Notes: generated by a model from the sequence alone, not told the origin. DNA of 64,000 nt from Mycobacterium sp. (GCA_032159765.1 JAVHWM010000130.1:12277-76276); one strand, 5' to 3'; counted from the first letter of the stretch, positions 44,012 to 55,617 are shown. A program made the numbers and translations.

Positions 44012-46474
44012 ATGACGCAGCCGACGCCCGATTCCGCTGCCGGAGCCGATAATCAACACGCTCCGGCAGCGGAATCGCACAGGCCCGCAAAAGATTTGGT
44101 GGCAGCCGCCGAGCAGTTGCTGGCCGGCAGCTCCCACCTCGACAGCGCATCACTGCGTGACGCGTTACTCGATCTGCACGAGTTCTGGTTGACCACCAAG
44201 GCCACCGAGATTGGTATCACCGACACGAGCGGTTTCGCGATCGTCGCCACCGGCGGTCTCGGCCGCGGGGAATTCGTGCCGTACTCCGACCTCGACCTCA
44301 TGCTGTTGCATGACGGCATGGCCGACGAGTCGGTCAGTTCGACAGCCGACCAGCTGTGGTATCCCTTGTGGGACGCCAACATTCGCCTCGACCACAGCGT
44401 CCGCACCGTGTCCGAGGCCCTGCATGTGGCCGCCGATGACATATCGGCCGGGCTGGCGATGCTGGAGGCGCGGCACATTGCAGGCAACGCCGAGCTGTCC
44501 GGTCAGCTCGCCGACGGGGCGCGACGACAGTGGCGCACCGGAATCCGCTCCCGATTTGACGAGCTGGTCGAACACACGCAGGCACGCTGGGAGCGCAGCG
44601 GACAGATCGCACACCGCGCCGAACCCGATCTCAAGTGCGGCCGTGGCGGTTTGCGCGACGTACAGCTGCTCAACGCTCTGGCCGTCGCTCAGCTCGCCGA
44701 TCACTTCTCGAATCGCAGCGCCAGCAATGTGGCGGGTTCGCTGGCCGGGGCGCACTTGGCGCTGCTGAACGTGCGCACCGAACTCCACCGGATTTCGGGT
44801 CGCGGTCGAGACATGCTGCTGGCGCAATACGCCGACGAGATCGGCGCCGCGCTGCGCATCGGGGACCGATTCGACCTGGCTCGAATGCTCAGCGATGCCG
44901 CCCGCACGATCGGCTACTACGTCGACGCCGGGCTGCGCACCGCCGGAAATGCCCTGCCTCGTCGTGGGTTGGCCGCGCTGCGCCGGCCCATTAGGCGTCC
45001 ACTCGACGAAGGCGTGGTCGAGTCCGGGGGTGAAGTGATCCTTGCCCGCGACGCGCGACCAGAACGCGATCCGGGACTTGTCCTGCGCGTCGCGGCTGCC
45101 GCGGCGACCGCAAATCTTCCGCTCGCGGCATCGACGCTGACCCGCCTCGCTGACACCGCGCCGGAGTTGCGTACCCCGTGGCCGCGGCAGGCGCTGAAAG
45201 ACCTCCTGGTGCTGTTGACCGCGGGGCCTGCGGCCGTCTCGACGATCGAGGCGCTCGACCGAACAGGCTTGTGGGGCCGACTGTTTCCGGAATGGGGCGC
45301 AGTACGTGACCTGCCGCCGCGCGACATTGTCCACATCTGGACAGTCGATCGGCACCTGACCGAAACAGTCTCGAAGGCAGCCGCGTTCACCACCCGGGTG
45401 GGTCGGCCGGATCTCCTCGTTCTCGGCGCACTGCTGCACGACATCGGGAAGGGCCGCGGCGGCGACCATAGCGTCATCGGTGCGGAACTCGCGACGCAGG
45501 TCGGCACGCGACTTGGGCTGTGGCCGTCGGACATCGAGACGCTGTCTGCCATCGTGCGGTATCACTTGCTGCTTCCGGGCACTGCAACGCGACGGGATCT
45601 ACAAGACCCTGAGACCATCACCGCCGTCGTCAACGCGCTCGACGGCGACCCGGCGCTGCTCGAGTTGCTGCATGCGCTCGCCGAAGCGGATTCGCTGGCC
45701 ACCGGTCCCGGGGTGTGGGGTGACTGGAAGGCACTGCTGATCGGGGACTTGGTGCGTCGCTGCCGATTGATCATGGCCGGCGAACCGCTGCCGCACGCGG
45801 ATCCTGTTGATCAGCAGTATCTTTCGTTGGCCCGCGACGGCAACGTGCACGTCGAGCTGACGCCCGGTGACGGTCAGCACATCTTCCGGGTGACCATGGT
45901 GGCGCCGGATACTCGAGGGTTGTTGTCCAAGGCTGCAGGCGTTCTCGCGTTGAACTCACTGCGCGTCCACTCCGCATCCGTCAACAGCTTCGAGGGTTCG
46001 GCGATCAACACGTTCGTCGTCTCACCGCACTTCGGGTCGCCGCCGCCGGCCGAGCTGCTGCGCCAGCAGCTCATCTCAGCAATCGCCGGAGATCTCGACG
46101 TGATCAGCCTACTGGAGCAGCGCAACGCCGAGGCCGCGCAGCACGGTCGGCGCGCGGGTGAAGTCGTGGCTGCGGTGCCGGTGAATCACGCGTCCGCGCC
46201 GCCGCGGGTTTTGTGGCACGACGGGCCGGCGCGCGGTCAGCTGCTGGTCGAGATCCGCTCCACGGACCGAACGGGCCTGCTCGCCGTGCTGACCAGAGTG
46301 TTCGAGAAGGCGGGCGTGGACATCGCTTGGGCGAAGGTCACCACACTGGGGTCGTCGGTGGACGACGTGTTCTGCGTCGTCGCGCCGTCCGGTGAGAGTC
46401 TGCGCACGACCCTCGAGCACGACCTGCTGTCGGTGCTGCCCGCACCGCGGCGGCCCGCGCAGCACGCCAGCTAG
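44012..46474 (+). CDS. glnD: [protein-PII] uridylyl/adenylyltransferase GlnD
   Basis: Nucleotidyltransferase [18 protein letters not shown] domain LLHDIGKG, two C-terminal ACT domains. ATG 44012 chosen. The track ORF starts at 43982 inside glnB. Confidence 0.93.
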   Translation: MTQPTPDSAAGADNQHAPAAESHRPAKDLVAAAEQLLAGSSHLDSASLRDALLDLHEFWLTTKATEIGITDTSGFAIVATGGLGRGEFVPYSDLDLMLLHDGMADESVSSTADQLWYPLWDANIRLDHSVRTVSEALHVAADDISAGLAMLEARHIAGNAELSGQLADGARRQWRTGIRSRFDELVEHTQARWERSGQIAHRAEPDLKCGRGGLRDVQLLNALAVAQLADHFSNRSASNVAGSLAGAHLALLNVRTELHRISGRGRDMLLAQYADEIGAALRIGDRFDLARMLSDAARTIGYYVDAGLRTAGNALPRRGLAALRRPIRRPLDEGVVESGGEVILARDARPERDPGLVLRVAAAAATANLPLAASTLTRLADTAPELRTPWPRQALKDLLVLLTAGPAAVSTIEALDRTGLWGRLFPEWGAVRDLPPRDIVHIWTVDRHLTETVSKAAAFTTRVGRPDLLVLGALLHDIGKGRGGDHSVIGAELATQVGTRLGLWPSDIETLSAIVRYHLLLPGTATRRDLQDPETITAVVNALDGDPALLELLHALAEADSLATGPGVWGDWKALLIGDLVRRCRLIMAGEPLPHADPVDQQYLSLARDGNVHVELTPGDGQHIFRVTMVAPDTRGLLSKAAGVLALNSLRVHSASVNSFEGSAINTFVVSPHFGSPPPAELLRQQLISAIAGDLDVISLLEQRNAEAAQHGRRAGEVVAAVPVNHASAPPRVLWHDGPARGQLLVEIRSTDRTGLLAVLTRVFEKAGVDIAWAKVTTLGSSVDDVFCVVAPSGESLRTTLEHDLLSVLPAPRRPAQHAS

Positions 46475-46517
46475 TGCGCCGGCCAATCCACGCGTTCCGC
46501 TCACTGATTCATGATCA

Positions 46518-46955
46518 ATGAGCGATGATGAGCATCATGAAAGTACGGCGATGACGCAACCTTCTGCCAACCCGCCGCCGCAGTGGGCGCCGCAGTATTC
46601 CCAGCCGCCGGGCGGCTATTACCCGGCGTATTCGCAGGTGCCGCATACCAATTCGATGGCGGTCGCGTCCCTGATATGCGCTTTCGTGATGGCGCCGCTG
46701 GGAATTGTGTTCGGGCATCTTGCGCTGTCGCAGATCCGGCGTACGGGCGAGGAGGGCAGGGGATTCGCGATTGCCGGCCTTGCGATTGGCTACGTGGCTA
46801 CTGTGCTAGGCATCTTGGGCATCATCCTGTGGTTGACGGTCTTCGCGGCGGTGACGCACGAAATCCACAACCAGTTTCCAACCTTCCAACAACCGACCTT
46901 TCCAACCATGCCAACCTTCGAACAGCCGACCACGTTTCCGTCGTTTCCGCGGTGA
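46518..46955 (+). CDS. DUF4190 domain membrane protein
   Basis: 145 aa. Pro/Gln/Tyr-rich N-terminus, then two TM segments with GIVFGHLALSQIRRTGEEGRGFAIAGLAIGY, typical of DUF4190. Confidence 0.75.
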   Translation: MSDDEHHESTAMTQPSANPPPQWAPQYSQPPGGYYPAYSQVPHTNSMAVASLICAFVMAPLGIVFGHLALSQIRRTGEEGRGFAIAGLAIGYVATVLGILGIILWLTVFAAVTHEIHNQFPTFQQPTFPTMPTFEQPTTFPSFPR

Positions 46956-46980
46956 TTCCGTAAGCCGCTAGGCTTGCCGC

Positions 46981-48513
46981 GTGTTTGAAACGCTGTCAGA
47001 CCGGTTGACCGGTGCCCTGCAGAACCTGCGCGGCAAGGGGCGGCTGTCCGACGCCGACATCGACGCCACCACCCGCGAAATCCGGCTGGCGCTGCTCGAA
47101 GCCGATGTGTCGCTTCCCGTCGTCCGCGACTTCGTCGCCCGCATCAAGGAGCGGGCGAAGGGCGCCGAGGTCTCCGCCGCGCTGAACCCGGCCCAGCAAG
47201 TCGTCAAGATCGTCAACGAGGAGCTCATCGGCATTCTCGGCGGGCAGACTCGCCCGCTGGCCTTCGCCAAGACGCCACCGACGGTTGTCATGCTGGCGGG
47301 CCTGCAAGGCTCCGGAAAGACGACGCTTGCCGGCAAGCTCGCGAAATGGTTTATCGGACAGGGGCATACACCGCTTCTGATCGCGGCCGACCTGCAGCGC
47401 CCCGGTGCGGTCAGCCAGCTCAAGATCGTCGGGCAGCGAGCGGGAGCTACCGTCTTCGCGCCGCACCCGGGGACGTCGCCTGAAGGTTCGGTCGAGGCGG
47501 GCCCCGGCGACCCCGTCGCGGTCGCCGCGGCCGGCTTGGCTGAGGCGAAAGCCAAGCACTTCGACGTCGTAATCGTCGACACCGCCGGCCGGCTCGGCAT
47601 CGACGAGGAACTGATGGCGCAGGCCGGCGCGATTCGCGACGCCGTGCAGCCCGATGAGGTGATCTTCGTCCTCGACGCGATGGTCGGCCAGGACGCCGTC
47701 GCCACCGCCGACGCGTTCCGCGAGGGTGTCGGGTTCACCGGCGTCGTGCTCACCAAGCTGGACGGGGACGCGCGCGGTGGCGCAGCCTTGTCGGTGCGTG
47801 AGGTCACCGGCGTGCCGATCCTGTTCGCTTCGACCGGTGAGAAGCTCGAGGACTTCGACGTCTTCCACCCCGATCGGATGGCCAGCCGGATCCTTGGCAT
47901 GGGCGATGTGCTCAGCCTGATCGAGCAGGCAGAGCAGGTCTTCGACGCAGAGCAGGCCGAGGCGGCCGCCGCGAAGATCGGGGCCGGCGAGCTCACGCTG
48001 GAGGACTTCCTCGAGCAGATGCTGATGATCCGCAAGATGGGCCCGATCGGCAACCTGCTCGGCATGCTGCCCGGGGCGGGCCAGATGAAGGACGCGCTCG
48101 CTGCCGTCGACGACAGCCAACTTGACCGCGTTCAGGCGATCATCCGCGGCATGACGCGCGATGAGCGGGCCGACCCGAAGATCATCAACGCCTCGCGACG
48201 GCTGCGGATCGCCAACGGCTCGGGCGTGACGGTGTCGGAGGTCAACCAGCTCGTCGACCGCTTCTTCGAGGCGCGAAAGATGATGTCGCAGATGGCCGGT
48301 CAGATGGGCATGCCGTTCGCCCGCAAGGGCTCGCGGAAAGCCAAGGGGAAGAACAAGAAAGGCCGCAAGGGGGGGCGCGGGCCGACTCCGCCGAAGGTGC
48401 GGGGCATGCCCGAGGGGTTCCCGGACATTTCGCAGATGCCGCCCGGCCTCGACGAATTGCCGCCAGGGCTAGCCGATTTCGACTTGTCGAAGCTGAAGTT
48501 CCCGAAGAATTGA
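46981..48513 (+). CDS. ffh: signal recognition particle protein Ffh
   Basis: 510 aa. GLQGSGKTT, DTAGRL, TKLDGDARGG, Met-rich M domain, basic C-terminal tail. Confidence 0.95.
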   Translation: MFETLSDRLTGALQNLRGKGRLSDADIDATTREIRLALLEADVSLPVVRDFVARIKERAKGAEVSAALNPAQQVVKIVNEELIGILGGQTRPLAFAKTPPTVVMLAGLQGSGKTTLAGKLAKWFIGQGHTPLLIAADLQRPGAVSQLKIVGQRAGATVFAPHPGTSPEGSVEAGPGDPVAVAAAGLAEAKAKHFDVVIVDTAGRLGIDEELMAQAGAIRDAVQPDEVIFVLDAMVGQDAVATADAFREGVGFTGVVLTKLDGDARGGAALSVREVTGVPILFASTGEKLEDFDVFHPDRMASRILGMGDVLSLIEQAEQVFDAEQAEAAAAKIGAGELTLEDFLEQMLMIRKMGPIGNLLGMLPGAGQMKDALAAVDDSQLDRVQAIIRGMTRDERADPKIINASRRLRIANGSGVTVSEVNQLVDRFFEARKMMSQMAGQMGMPFARKGSRKAKGKNKKGRKGGRGPTPPKVRGMPEGFPDISQMPPGLDELPPGLADFDLSKLKFPKN

Positions 48514-49580
48514 ACCGCCTGCACGTCAGGGGCCGGGGGTTGCCGGACGGAGAGCCGGTCGAATGGTGGATCGCCCAGGGTGTGCTGTCCGCCGAACCGG
48601 GGGCCGACGCGGACACCGTGTTCGACGGCGGCTGGATCCTGCCCGGGCTTGTCGACGCGCATTGCCACGTCGGACTCGGTGAGCGCGGGCCCACCGACCT
48701 CGACGAGGCGATCTCCCAGGCCGGCACGGATCGCGACGCCGGCGCGCTTCTGTTGCGCGACTGCGGATCTCCGATCGACACCCGCAGCCTCGACGATCAC
48801 GACGACCTGCCGCGCATCATTCGGGCAGGCCGCCACCTGGCCCGGCCCAAGAGGTACAGCCAGGGATTCGCCGAGGAACTCGAGGACGAGTCACAACTAC
48901 CGGAAGCTGTTGCGGCACAGGCACGTCGCGGAGACGGATGGGTCAAGCTCGTCGGCGACTGGATCGATCGCGAGGTCGGCGACCTCGCGCCTCTCTGGTC
49001 GGACGACGTGCTGGTGGCAGCGATTGAGGCCGCCCACGCGAACGGCACGCGCATCACCGCTCATGTGTTCGGCGAGGACGCGCTGCCGGGTCTGATCAAC
49101 GCCGGCATCGACTGCATCGAGCACGGCACCGGGCTGACCGACGACATCGTCGACCTGATGGTCGAACATGGCACCGCGCTCGTGCCGACCCTGATCAACG
49201 TCGCCAACTTCCCTGGCATCGCCGACAACGCCGCGAAGTTCCCCGCCTACGCAGCGCACATTCGCAGCCTGTACGCCAACAGCCGGGCACGCCTGGCCGC
49301 GGCGCGTGAGGCCGGTGTTCCGATCTACGCAGGCACCGACGCCGGTTCGATGATCGCCCACGGCCGCATCGCCGACGAGGTCGACGCGCTCAAGGGAATC
49401 GGCATGACGCCAACAGAGGCGCTGGGCGCCGCATGCTGGGATGCGCGCCGCTGGCTGGGCCGGCCGGCGCTGGAGCATGGTGCCTCAGCGGATCTGCTGT
49501 GCTACACCGACGATCCGCGGTCCGGAGCCGCAGTGCTCAACCGGCCGGACGTGCTCATCCTGCGCGGGCGGATGTTCTAG
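48510..49580 (+). CDS. amidohydrolase family protein (Rv2915c-like)
   Basis: 356 aa. GLVDAHCH metal-binding motif, AHVFGE, IEHGT. TTG start overlaps the ffh stop. Confidence 0.8.
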   Translation: MNRLHVRGRGLPDGEPVEWWIAQGVLSAEPGADADTVFDGGWILPGLVDAHCHVGLGERGPTDLDEAISQAGTDRDAGALLLRDCGSPIDTRSLDDHDDLPRIIRAGRHLARPKRYSQGFAEELEDESQLPEAVAAQARRGDGWVKLVGDWIDREVGDLAPLWSDDVLVAAIEAAHANGTRITAHVFGEDALPGLINAGIDCIEHGTGLTDDIVDLMVEHGTALVPTLINVANFPGIADNAAKFPAYAAHIRSLYANSRARLAAAREAGVPIYAGTDAGSMIAHGRIADEVDALKGIGMTPTEALGAACWDARRWLGRPALEHGASADLLCYTDDPRSGAAVLNRPDVLILRGRMF

Positions 49581-50458
49581 AGCGCTCCGATGCTGGTTTG
49601 TGGTGACTGCGCGAATCCCCAGTCGAGTAACCCGGTGGCCTGGTCCCAATACGTCGGGCCGCCAGTGACAATCAGCCCGTACATCATCGCGATCAGCAGC
49701 CGGCGTCCGTCGCGCTCCGCTTCTGCCACGTAGGTCTTGCGGGCGGCGTCGGTGAAGCCGGTCTTGCCGCCGAGCGTGCCCGCATAGCGCTGCAGCATTT
49801 GGTTCTCGTTGACGATCGGCTTGTCGCCGTCGTTCTGTGGGAACAGTGCGGCGGGCTGGGAGGTGACCTTCGCGAACACCGGGTTGGCCATCGCGGCGCG
49901 GAAGATGATCGCCAGGTCGCGCGGTGTGGTCCAGCCGGTGCCGCCCGGTCCGTCCAGCCCCGAGGGTGTCGCGGCGTGCGTGTCAGGTGCGCCCAGAGCC
50001 GTCGCTTTCGCGTTCATCTTCGCGACAGCGGTGTCGAAACCGCCCAGCATGTCGGCCAGCGTGTTGGCCGCGTCGTTTCCCGACACCAGCAGCAGCGCGT
50101 CGAGCAGCTGGCGTGCGCTATACGTGCGGCCTGGTTTGATTCCCACGCAACTGCATTCGACATGAGTGTCGGGCTCGTTGGCGATCACCGTCGCGTCGAG
50201 GTTCAGCTCGTCGAGAGCGACGAGCGCGAGCAACACTTTGATGGTGCTGGCGGGTGGGTGGCGGGCGTCGATGTCGCGACCGGCCAGCACCTGCCCGGTG
50301 TCCGCGTCGGCGACGATCCAGGCCTGGGCGGGGCCGTCGGGGAGTGCGACCGCGCCCACGGGCGGCGCATCGGAGTCGGCGGGCGCCACAGCCGGCTGGA
50401 GCCCGAACAGTGCGGTGGCGGCGATCGCGGAAACGGTGGCGAGCTTTCGCAAAATCAT
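49577..50458 (-). CDS. D-alanyl-D-alanine carboxypeptidase (S11, DacB2-like)
   Basis: PASTIKVLLAL (SxxK), SGNDAA (SxN), GKTGFT (KTG). Start set at ATG 50458 (signal peptide MILRKLATVSAIAATALF). The track ORF extends to 50506. Confidence 0.88.
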   Translation of the reverse strand: MILRKLATVSAIAATALFGLQPAVAPADSDAPPVGAVALPDGPAQAWIVADADTGQVLAGRDIDARHPPASTIKVLLALVALDELNLDATVIANEPDTHVECSCVGIKPGRTYSARQLLDALLLVSGNDAANTLADMLGGFDTAVAKMNAKATALGAPDTHAATPSGLDGPGGTGWTTPRDLAIIFRAAMANPVFAKVTSQPAALFPQNDGDKPIVNENQMLQRYAGTLGGKTGFTDAARKTYVAEAERDGRRLLIAMMYGLIVTGGPTYWDQATGLLDWGFAQSPQTSIGAL

Positions 50459-50504
50459 CGGCGCTGAGCCTATCGGCGATTCCTGATCGTGTTGAATCGA
50501 GCAC

Positions 50505-50924
50505 ATGCTCAGCCTCGAGGAGATCTCAGACCGCCTGGAAATCCAACAGCTGCTCGTCGACTACTCGTCGGCGATCGACCAGCACCGTTTCGACGACCTG
50601 GATCGCGTATTCACTCCTGACGCATACATCGACTACCGCGCGATGGGCGGCGTCGACGGCGCGTACCCCGAGGTCAAAGCCTGGCTCGCCGCAGTCTTGC
50701 CGAATTTCCCGGCGTATTCACATCTGGTCGGCAACTTCGATGTCCGAATCGACGGCGACAGCGCGAAGTCACGGACGCTGTGCTTCAACCCCATGGCGCT
50801 CGGCGGCGAGAAGAACCAGATCATGTTCTGCGGACTCTGGTACGACGACGAGTTCGTCCGCACCGCCGACGGCTGGCGGATGACCCGCCGCGTCGAAGCG
50901 AAGTGCTTCGACAAGATCGTCTAG
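50505..50924 (+). CDS. SnoaL-like / NTF2-family protein (Rv2910c-like)
   Basis: 139 aa. LEIQQLLVDYSSAIDQHRFDDLDRVFTPDA is typical of SnoaL_4. Confidence 0.75.
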   Translation: MLSLEEISDRLEIQQLLVDYSSAIDQHRFDDLDRVFTPDAYIDYRAMGGVDGAYPEVKAWLAAVLPNFPAYSHLVGNFDVRIDGDSAKSRTLCFNPMALGGEKNQIMFCGLWYDDEFVRTADGWRMTRRVEAKCFDKIV

Positions 50925-51209
50925 CTGGCTATCCGCGTATTGCCCTCTTCGCGTCGAAAGTGACGTTACGTAGAGAAAGTGCCCCGAGTAGTGGTCGCCA
51001 TATCGTCAGTTTCGCTGCGACCTGGCCGCTCGTCAGGGTGCTGGTCGCGCGATTTCGCCGCTGATCAGCGTTCTGGCAGAATGGGCGGCTGTCCGCGGAC
51101 CCGACCACGGTCGGCCTGCGGTCAGACCCACGCGAGGCAAAACCGGATCCGGCAACCGCCCGGTATCGCTGAATTGCCGCGTGATACCTCTAGGAGAAGT
51201 TGTTTCACC

Positions 51210-51683
51210 ATGTCTGTGAAAATCAAGCTCACCCGGCTTGGCAAGATCCGCAACCCCCAGTACCGCGTGGCCGTCGCCGATGCGCGCACCCGCCGCGACG
51301 GGCGCGCCATCGAGGTGATCGGCCGCTACCACCCCAAGGAAGACCCCAGCCTGATCGAGATCGACTCGGATCGCGCGCAGTATTGGCTGTCCGTCGGAGC
51401 GCAGCCCACCGAGCCCGTCCTCAAGCTGCTGAAGATCACCGGCGACTGGCAGAAGTTCAAGGGCCTCGAAGGCGCCGAGGGCACGTTGAAGGTCGCTGCG
51501 CCCAAGCCCAGCAAGCTCGAGCTGTTCAACGCCGCGCTTGCCGAGGCCGACGGAGGCTCCAGCGCTGAGGCCACCACGCCGAAGAAGAAGGCGCCCGCGA
51601 AGAAGGCGCCTGCGAAGAAGGCCGCCGAGGCCGCCGAGCCTGCGGCCGAGGTTTCCGAGCCGGCTTCGGATACCGAGAGCTGA
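51210..51683 (+). CDS. rpsP: 30S ribosomal protein S16 with Ala/Lys/Pro-rich C-terminal extension
   Basis: ATG 51210 gives [32 protein letters not shown]. The track ORF from 50979 is an upstream extension. Confidence 0.95.
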   Translation: MSVKIKLTRLGKIRNPQYRVAVADARTRRDGRAIEVIGRYHPKEDPSLIEIDSDRAQYWLSVGAQPTEPVLKLLKITGDWQKFKGLEGAEGTLKVAAPKPSKLELFNAALAEADGGSSAEATTPKKKAPAKKAPAKKAAEAAEPAAEVSEPASDTES

Positions 51684-51690
51684 CCCCGCG

Positions 51691-51933
51691 ATGAGTTCCG
51701 TGGTTGTCGACGCGGTTGAGCATCTGGTCCGCGGAATCGTGGACAACCCCGACGATGTCCGGGTCGACATGGTGACCAACCGCCGGGGCCGCACCGTCGA
51801 AGTGCATGTGCACCCGGACGATCTGGGCAAGGTGATCGGCCGCGGCGGCCGGACAGCGACCGCGCTGCGCACTCTCGTCGCGGGCATCGGCGGTCGGGGT
51901 ATCCGCGTCGACGTGGTGGACACCGACCAGTAG
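51691..51933 (+). CDS. KH domain RNA-binding protein (Rv2908c-like)
   Basis: 80 aa from ATG 51691. [23 protein letters not shown] motif. Confidence 0.88.
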   Translation: MSSVVVDAVEHLVRGIVDNPDDVRVDMVTNRRGRTVEVHVHPDDLGKVIGRGGRTATALRTLVAGIGGRGIRVDVVDTDQ

Positions 51934-51941
51934 TCATTCCT

Positions 51942-52466
51942 GTGGAGCTGGTCGTCGGGCGGGTCGTCAAACCCCACGGCGTGACTGGTGAGCTCGTCGT
52001 CGAAGTCCGCACCGACGATCCTGACACCCGTTTCGCCGCCGGGTCGGTGCTGCGGGGGAGGCCTGCGCGGGGTGGGTCCACACGCACCTACACGATCGAA
52101 TCCGTGCGCGAACACGGCAACAAGCTTCTTGTCAGGCTGGCCGGGGTTACGGACCGCGACGCCGCCGATGCGATCCGCCAGACGCTGTTCTACATCGATT
52201 CGGCGGATCTGCCCGAGCTCGAGGATCCCGACGAGTTCTACGATCACCAGCTCGAGGGCCTGACGGTGCGCACCGTCGATGGTGCTGACGTCGGCACCGT
52301 GGCCGAGGTGCTCCACACTTCCGGGGGAGAACTACTCGCCGTTCGCCCCGAAGACGGCTCGGGTGAGGTGCTGGTTCCGTTCGTGTCGGCGATCGTGGTA
52401 TCGGTATCGTTGGCGGACAAGATAATTCAGATCGACCCGCCCGACGGCCTGTTGGAGCTGGAGTAG
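51942..52466 (+). CDS. rimM: ribosome maturation factor RimM
   Basis: 174 aa. [27 protein letters not shown] barrel C-terminus. Confidence 0.92.
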   Translation: MELVVGRVVKPHGVTGELVVEVRTDDPDTRFAAGSVLRGRPARGGSTRTYTIESVREHGNKLLVRLAGVTDRDAADAIRQTLFYIDSADLPELEDPDEFYDHQLEGLTVRTVDGADVGTVAEVLHTSGGELLAVRPEDGSGEVLVPFVSAIVVSVSLADKIIQIDPPDGLLELE

Positions 52467-52468
52467 CC

Positions 52469-53149
52469 GTGCGGATCGACGTCATCACCATTTTCCCGCA
52501 ATATCTGGAGCCGCTGCGCCAGTCGCTGCCGGGCAGGGCGATCGACACCGGCATCGTGGATCTGCGGCTGCACGACCTGCGGGACTGGACGCACGACGTG
52601 CACCGCTCAGTCGACGACGCGCCCTATGGCGGTGGTCCCGGGATGGTGATGAGGGCGCCGGTCTGGGGCGAGGCGCTAGATGAAATTTGTTCAGCCGAAA
52701 CACTTCTCGTGGTCCCGACACCAGCGGGTGTGCCCTTCACACAAGCCGTCGCACAGCGCTGGAGCGACGAACGGCACCTCGTGTTCGCGTGCGGCCGCTA
52801 CGAGGGAATCGACCAGCGAGTGGTCGACGACGCCGGCCGCCGCATGCGGGTGGAAGAGATCTCCATCGGTGATTACGTGCTGCCCGGCGGTGAATCGGCC
52901 GCGCTGGTGATGATCGAGGCGGTTGTCCGACTTTTGCCCATGGTGCTCGGCAATCCCCAATCACACCAACAGGATTCGCATTCTGACGGCTTGCTGGAAG
53001 GGCCGAGCTACACGCGCCCACCGAGTTGGCGGGGCCTGGACGTGCCCGACGTACTGCTGTCAGGGGACCACGCGCGCGTCGCTGCATGGCGGCGCGAGAT
53101 GTCGCTTCACCGTACCCAGGCGCGCAGGCCAGATCTGCTCGGCGACTAG
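52469..53149 (+). CDS. trmD: tRNA (guanine37-N1)-methyltransferase
   Basis: 226 aa. [32 protein letters not shown]. Confidence 0.95.
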   Translation: MRIDVITIFPQYLEPLRQSLPGRAIDTGIVDLRLHDLRDWTHDVHRSVDDAPYGGGPGMVMRAPVWGEALDEICSAETLLVVPTPAGVPFTQAVAQRWSDERHLVFACGRYEGIDQRVVDDAGRRMRVEEISIGDYVLPGGESAALVMIEAVVRLLPMVLGNPQSHQQDSHSDGLLEGPSYTRPPSWRGLDVPDVLLSGDHARVAAWRREMSLHRTQARRPDLLGD

Positions 53150-53157
53150 GAGGTTCG

Positions 53158-54072
53158 TCAGATTTTCCCGGTGGGGAACATCGTCTTGACAGCCTTGGTG
53201 AGCGTATTGCGGGCCACCGCGTCGCTGGTCGGCTGCAGGGCGCCGATCGTCATCACGTAGCGGTGGTCGGAGCCGATCACGCCGGTCGAGAGGTGTAGTT
53301 GGTCACCGCTGTCCCAGCAGCAGAACCAGCCTTGCTTGACCGCTACCGGTGAGGCGAACAGGCCGTCGGGGATGCCGAACCGCTGCGGATACCCGTCGAC
53401 GCCTGTCGGGGTCGATTGCGACAGGTCGTTGATGATCTTGTCGGCCTGGTCAGCTGGAAGCCCGCCACCGTTACCGAGCAGCTTGTCGTAGTAGCGGACG
53501 AGATCGCTTGCGGTGCTTAGCGTGACGTCCCAGTGCCCGTTGTAAGGCGCCGTCGTCGATCTCAGGCCGTACCGCGCGGTGACGCGGTTGATGATGTCGC
53601 TGCCGCCGCTGCGATTCCAGAACACGTCGGCGGCGCCGTCATCGGAGGAGCTCAGCATGGCATCGAATGCCCGCACGTCGTCGGGGGAGAGCTGCATCTG
53701 GCCCTTCGACACTTGCAACAGCAGGTCGTCGGCGATGAACAGCTTGGCCACCGAGGCGATCGGGAGCGAAACATCTTTGCCGTTGCTGACGATCTGGCCC
53801 GTCTTGCGGTCGAGCGCCACGATCGAGATCGCCGCACCCGCGTCTGCGGCCTCGGAGCTGGCCTGACGCACGCGGGCATCCAGGCCGTCGAACGCGGTTT
53901 CGGCTGCGGGGGCGTCGTCTGTGGGTGCGGCCGTTGCCAGGGCCACCGGCGCCGTACCAGTGCCACGGTGTCCCATCGGCATGCCGTCCGCCCGTGCCAC
54001 ACATGCGGCGACGAGCACCGTGGAAACCAGCACCGCGGTTGCCGTCCGCACATCCGACCGCGGCCGACGCAT
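53158..54072 (-). CDS. lipoprotein with class-A beta-lactamase-like/serine hydrolase fold (LppW-like)
   Basis: 304 aa. Lipobox LVAAC at the N-terminus. Position between trmD and rplS on the opposite strand matches Rv2905. Confidence 0.72.
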   Translation of the reverse strand: MRRPRSDVRTATAVLVSTVLVAACVARADGMPMGHRGTGTAPVALATAAPTDDAPAAETAFDGLDARVRQASSEAADAGAAISIVALDRKTGQIVSNGKDVSLPIASVAKLFIADDLLLQVSKGQMQLSPDDVRAFDAMLSSSDDGAADVFWNRSGGSDIINRVTARYGLRSTTAPYNGHWDVTLSTASDLVRYYDKLLGNGGGLPADQADKIINDLSQSTPTGVDGYPQRFGIPDGLFASPVAVKQGWFCCWDSGDQLHLSTGVIGSDHRYVMTIGALQPTSDAVARNTLTKAVKTMFPTGKI

Positions 54073-54344
54073 AATGCACCCTCGTTCCTGTTCGTGAGGT
54101 GGGCCGACCGCACCGCCTGCCCAGTTGTCTGCAGTAGCCTAACGGGTTTCCATAGGCACTGCGGGGCAACGCGTCGTCGTCGTGTCGTGTCCCGTTCGCG
54201 TGCTGTTTGCCGCGATTTCCGTGCGTGCGGGCGATCTGGCACAATTGACGCCGACTGCGCAGGGCCTGCAAAAGGGTCCGCAGCGCAGAGATCAAGACGT
54301 CAGAACCCGACGGTTTCGGGTAACCGCGAGGAAAGTACTTCACC

Positions 54345-54686
54345 ATGAACACGCTGGACTTCGTCGACAATGCGTCGCTGCGCGACGACATCCCGGCCTT
54401 TCAACCCGGTGACACCGTAAACGTGCACGTGAAGGTTATCGAGGGCGCCAAGGAACGCATCCAGGTGTTCAAGGGTGTGGTACTGCGCCGACAGGGTGGC
54501 GGAATACGCGAGACCTTCACCGTGCGCAAGGAAAGCTACGGCGTGGGAGTGGAGCGCACCTTCCCCGTTCATTCGCCGAACATCGACCACATCGAGGTCG
54601 TCACCCGAGGCGATGTACGCCGGGCGAAGCTGTACTACCTGCGCGAGTTGCGAGGCAAGAAAGCCAAGATCAAGGAACGGCGCTGA
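54345..54686 (+). CDS. rplS: 50S ribosomal protein L19
   Basis: 113 aa. [28 protein letters not shown]. Confidence 0.95.
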   Translation: MNTLDFVDNASLRDDIPAFQPGDTVNVHVKVIEGAKERIQVFKGVVLRRQGGGIRETFTVRKESYGVGVERTFPVHSPNIDHIEVVTRGDVRRAKLYYLRELRGKKAKIKERR

Positions 54687-54729
54687 CTCGCTACCCCGTG
54701 GTATCCGCGTACGTGGCTACTCTGATCCC

Positions 54730-55614
54730 GTGACCGACAAGACGGAATCCTCCGACTTGCCGCCGGAGCCACCTGTGGCCACTTCAGACGAAGCCGAAAC
54801 GGAAGTCGCCGCCGACAAGTCGTCGGCTGAAACCGAGAACGAGTCCGAGGACGACGAGCCAGAGCGCAAGCGGTCGGCTCTGAAAGAGGGCGCGATCCTC
54901 GTCGTGGTCGCGGTGGTCATCTACTACGTAATGCTGACGTTCGTGGCCCGTCCCTATCTGATCCCGTCGGAGTCGATGGAGCCGACGCTGCACGGCTGCA
55001 CCGGGTGCACCGGCGACCGCATCATGGTGGACAAGTTGGTCTACCGGTTCGGTTCGCCGGCGCCGGGCGACGTCATCGTGTTTAAGGGGCCGCCCAACTG
55101 GAACGGCGGATACAAGTCCATTCGGTCGCACAACACCGCAGTGCGGTGGATGCAGAATGCACTGTCGTTCATCGGATTCGTCCCGCCCGACGAGAATGAC
55201 CTGGTCAAGAGGGTGATCGCGGTGGGGGGTCAGAAGGTCGAGTGCCGCGCCGACAAGGGCCTGACCGTCGACGACAAACCGGTTAATCAGCCGTTTCTCG
55301 ACCCGAACACGCTCGGCGTCGACCCCTCTGTCGTCAAATGTGCGGGCCAGGGGGGTGCCAACCAGGAGTTCGGTCCGGTGGAGGTGCCCGAGGGTCGGCT
55401 GTGGATGATGGGGGACAACCGGACCCACTCGGCCGACTCTCGCTACCACTGCGACAGCGCTCCCCCCGAGGCGCAGCGCGGGATTCTGTGCACCGGCGAT
55501 CCGACGGCCGGCACCGTTCCGGTCGACAATGTCATCGGCAAGGCGAGGTTCATCGCCTGGCCGCCGTCACGGTGGGGTGGGATCAGGTCGGTGGACATCC
55601 TGCAAGGGCAATAG
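54730..55614 (+). CDS. lepB: signal peptidase I
   Basis: GTG 54730. Acidic N-terminus, TM, IPSESMEPTL catalytic Ser box, KRVIAVGG Lys box, GDNRTHSADSR. The track ORF from 54475 overlaps rplS. Confidence 0.92.
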   Translation: MTDKTESSDLPPEPPVATSDEAETEVAADKSSAETENESEDDEPERKRSALKEGAILVVVAVVIYYVMLTFVARPYLIPSESMEPTLHGCTGCTGDRIMVDKLVYRFGSPAPGDVIVFKGPPNWNGGYKSIRSHNTAVRWMQNALSFIGFVPPDENDLVKRVIAVGGQKVECRADKGLTVDDKPVNQPFLDPNTLGVDPSVVKCAGQGGANQEFGPVEVPEGRLWMMGDNRTHSADSRYHCDSAPPEAQRGILCTGDPTAGTVPVDNVIGKARFIAWPPSRWGGIRSVDILQGQ

Positions 55615-55617
55615 CTG

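Noticed and set aside
50504-50507. CATG giving back-to-back ATG starts for the dacB-like and SnoaL-like ORFs
   Set aside because: The carboxypeptidase more plausibly starts at ATG 50458, where a signal peptide aligns with DacB2. The overlap is therefore an ORF-calling artefact.
50925-51209. 285-nt gap upstream of rpsP, checked for a tRNA, riboswitch or small ORF
   Set aside because: I could find no cloverleaf, no riboswitch core I know, and no convincing short ORF. It is probably just a promoter and long leader, and I cannot run covariance models here.
54073-54344. 272-nt gap between the LppW-like gene and rplS, checked for ncRNA
   Set aside because: It contains only imperfect palindromes (for example around 54255-54290). 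It is a divergent promoter region, with nothing I can assign.
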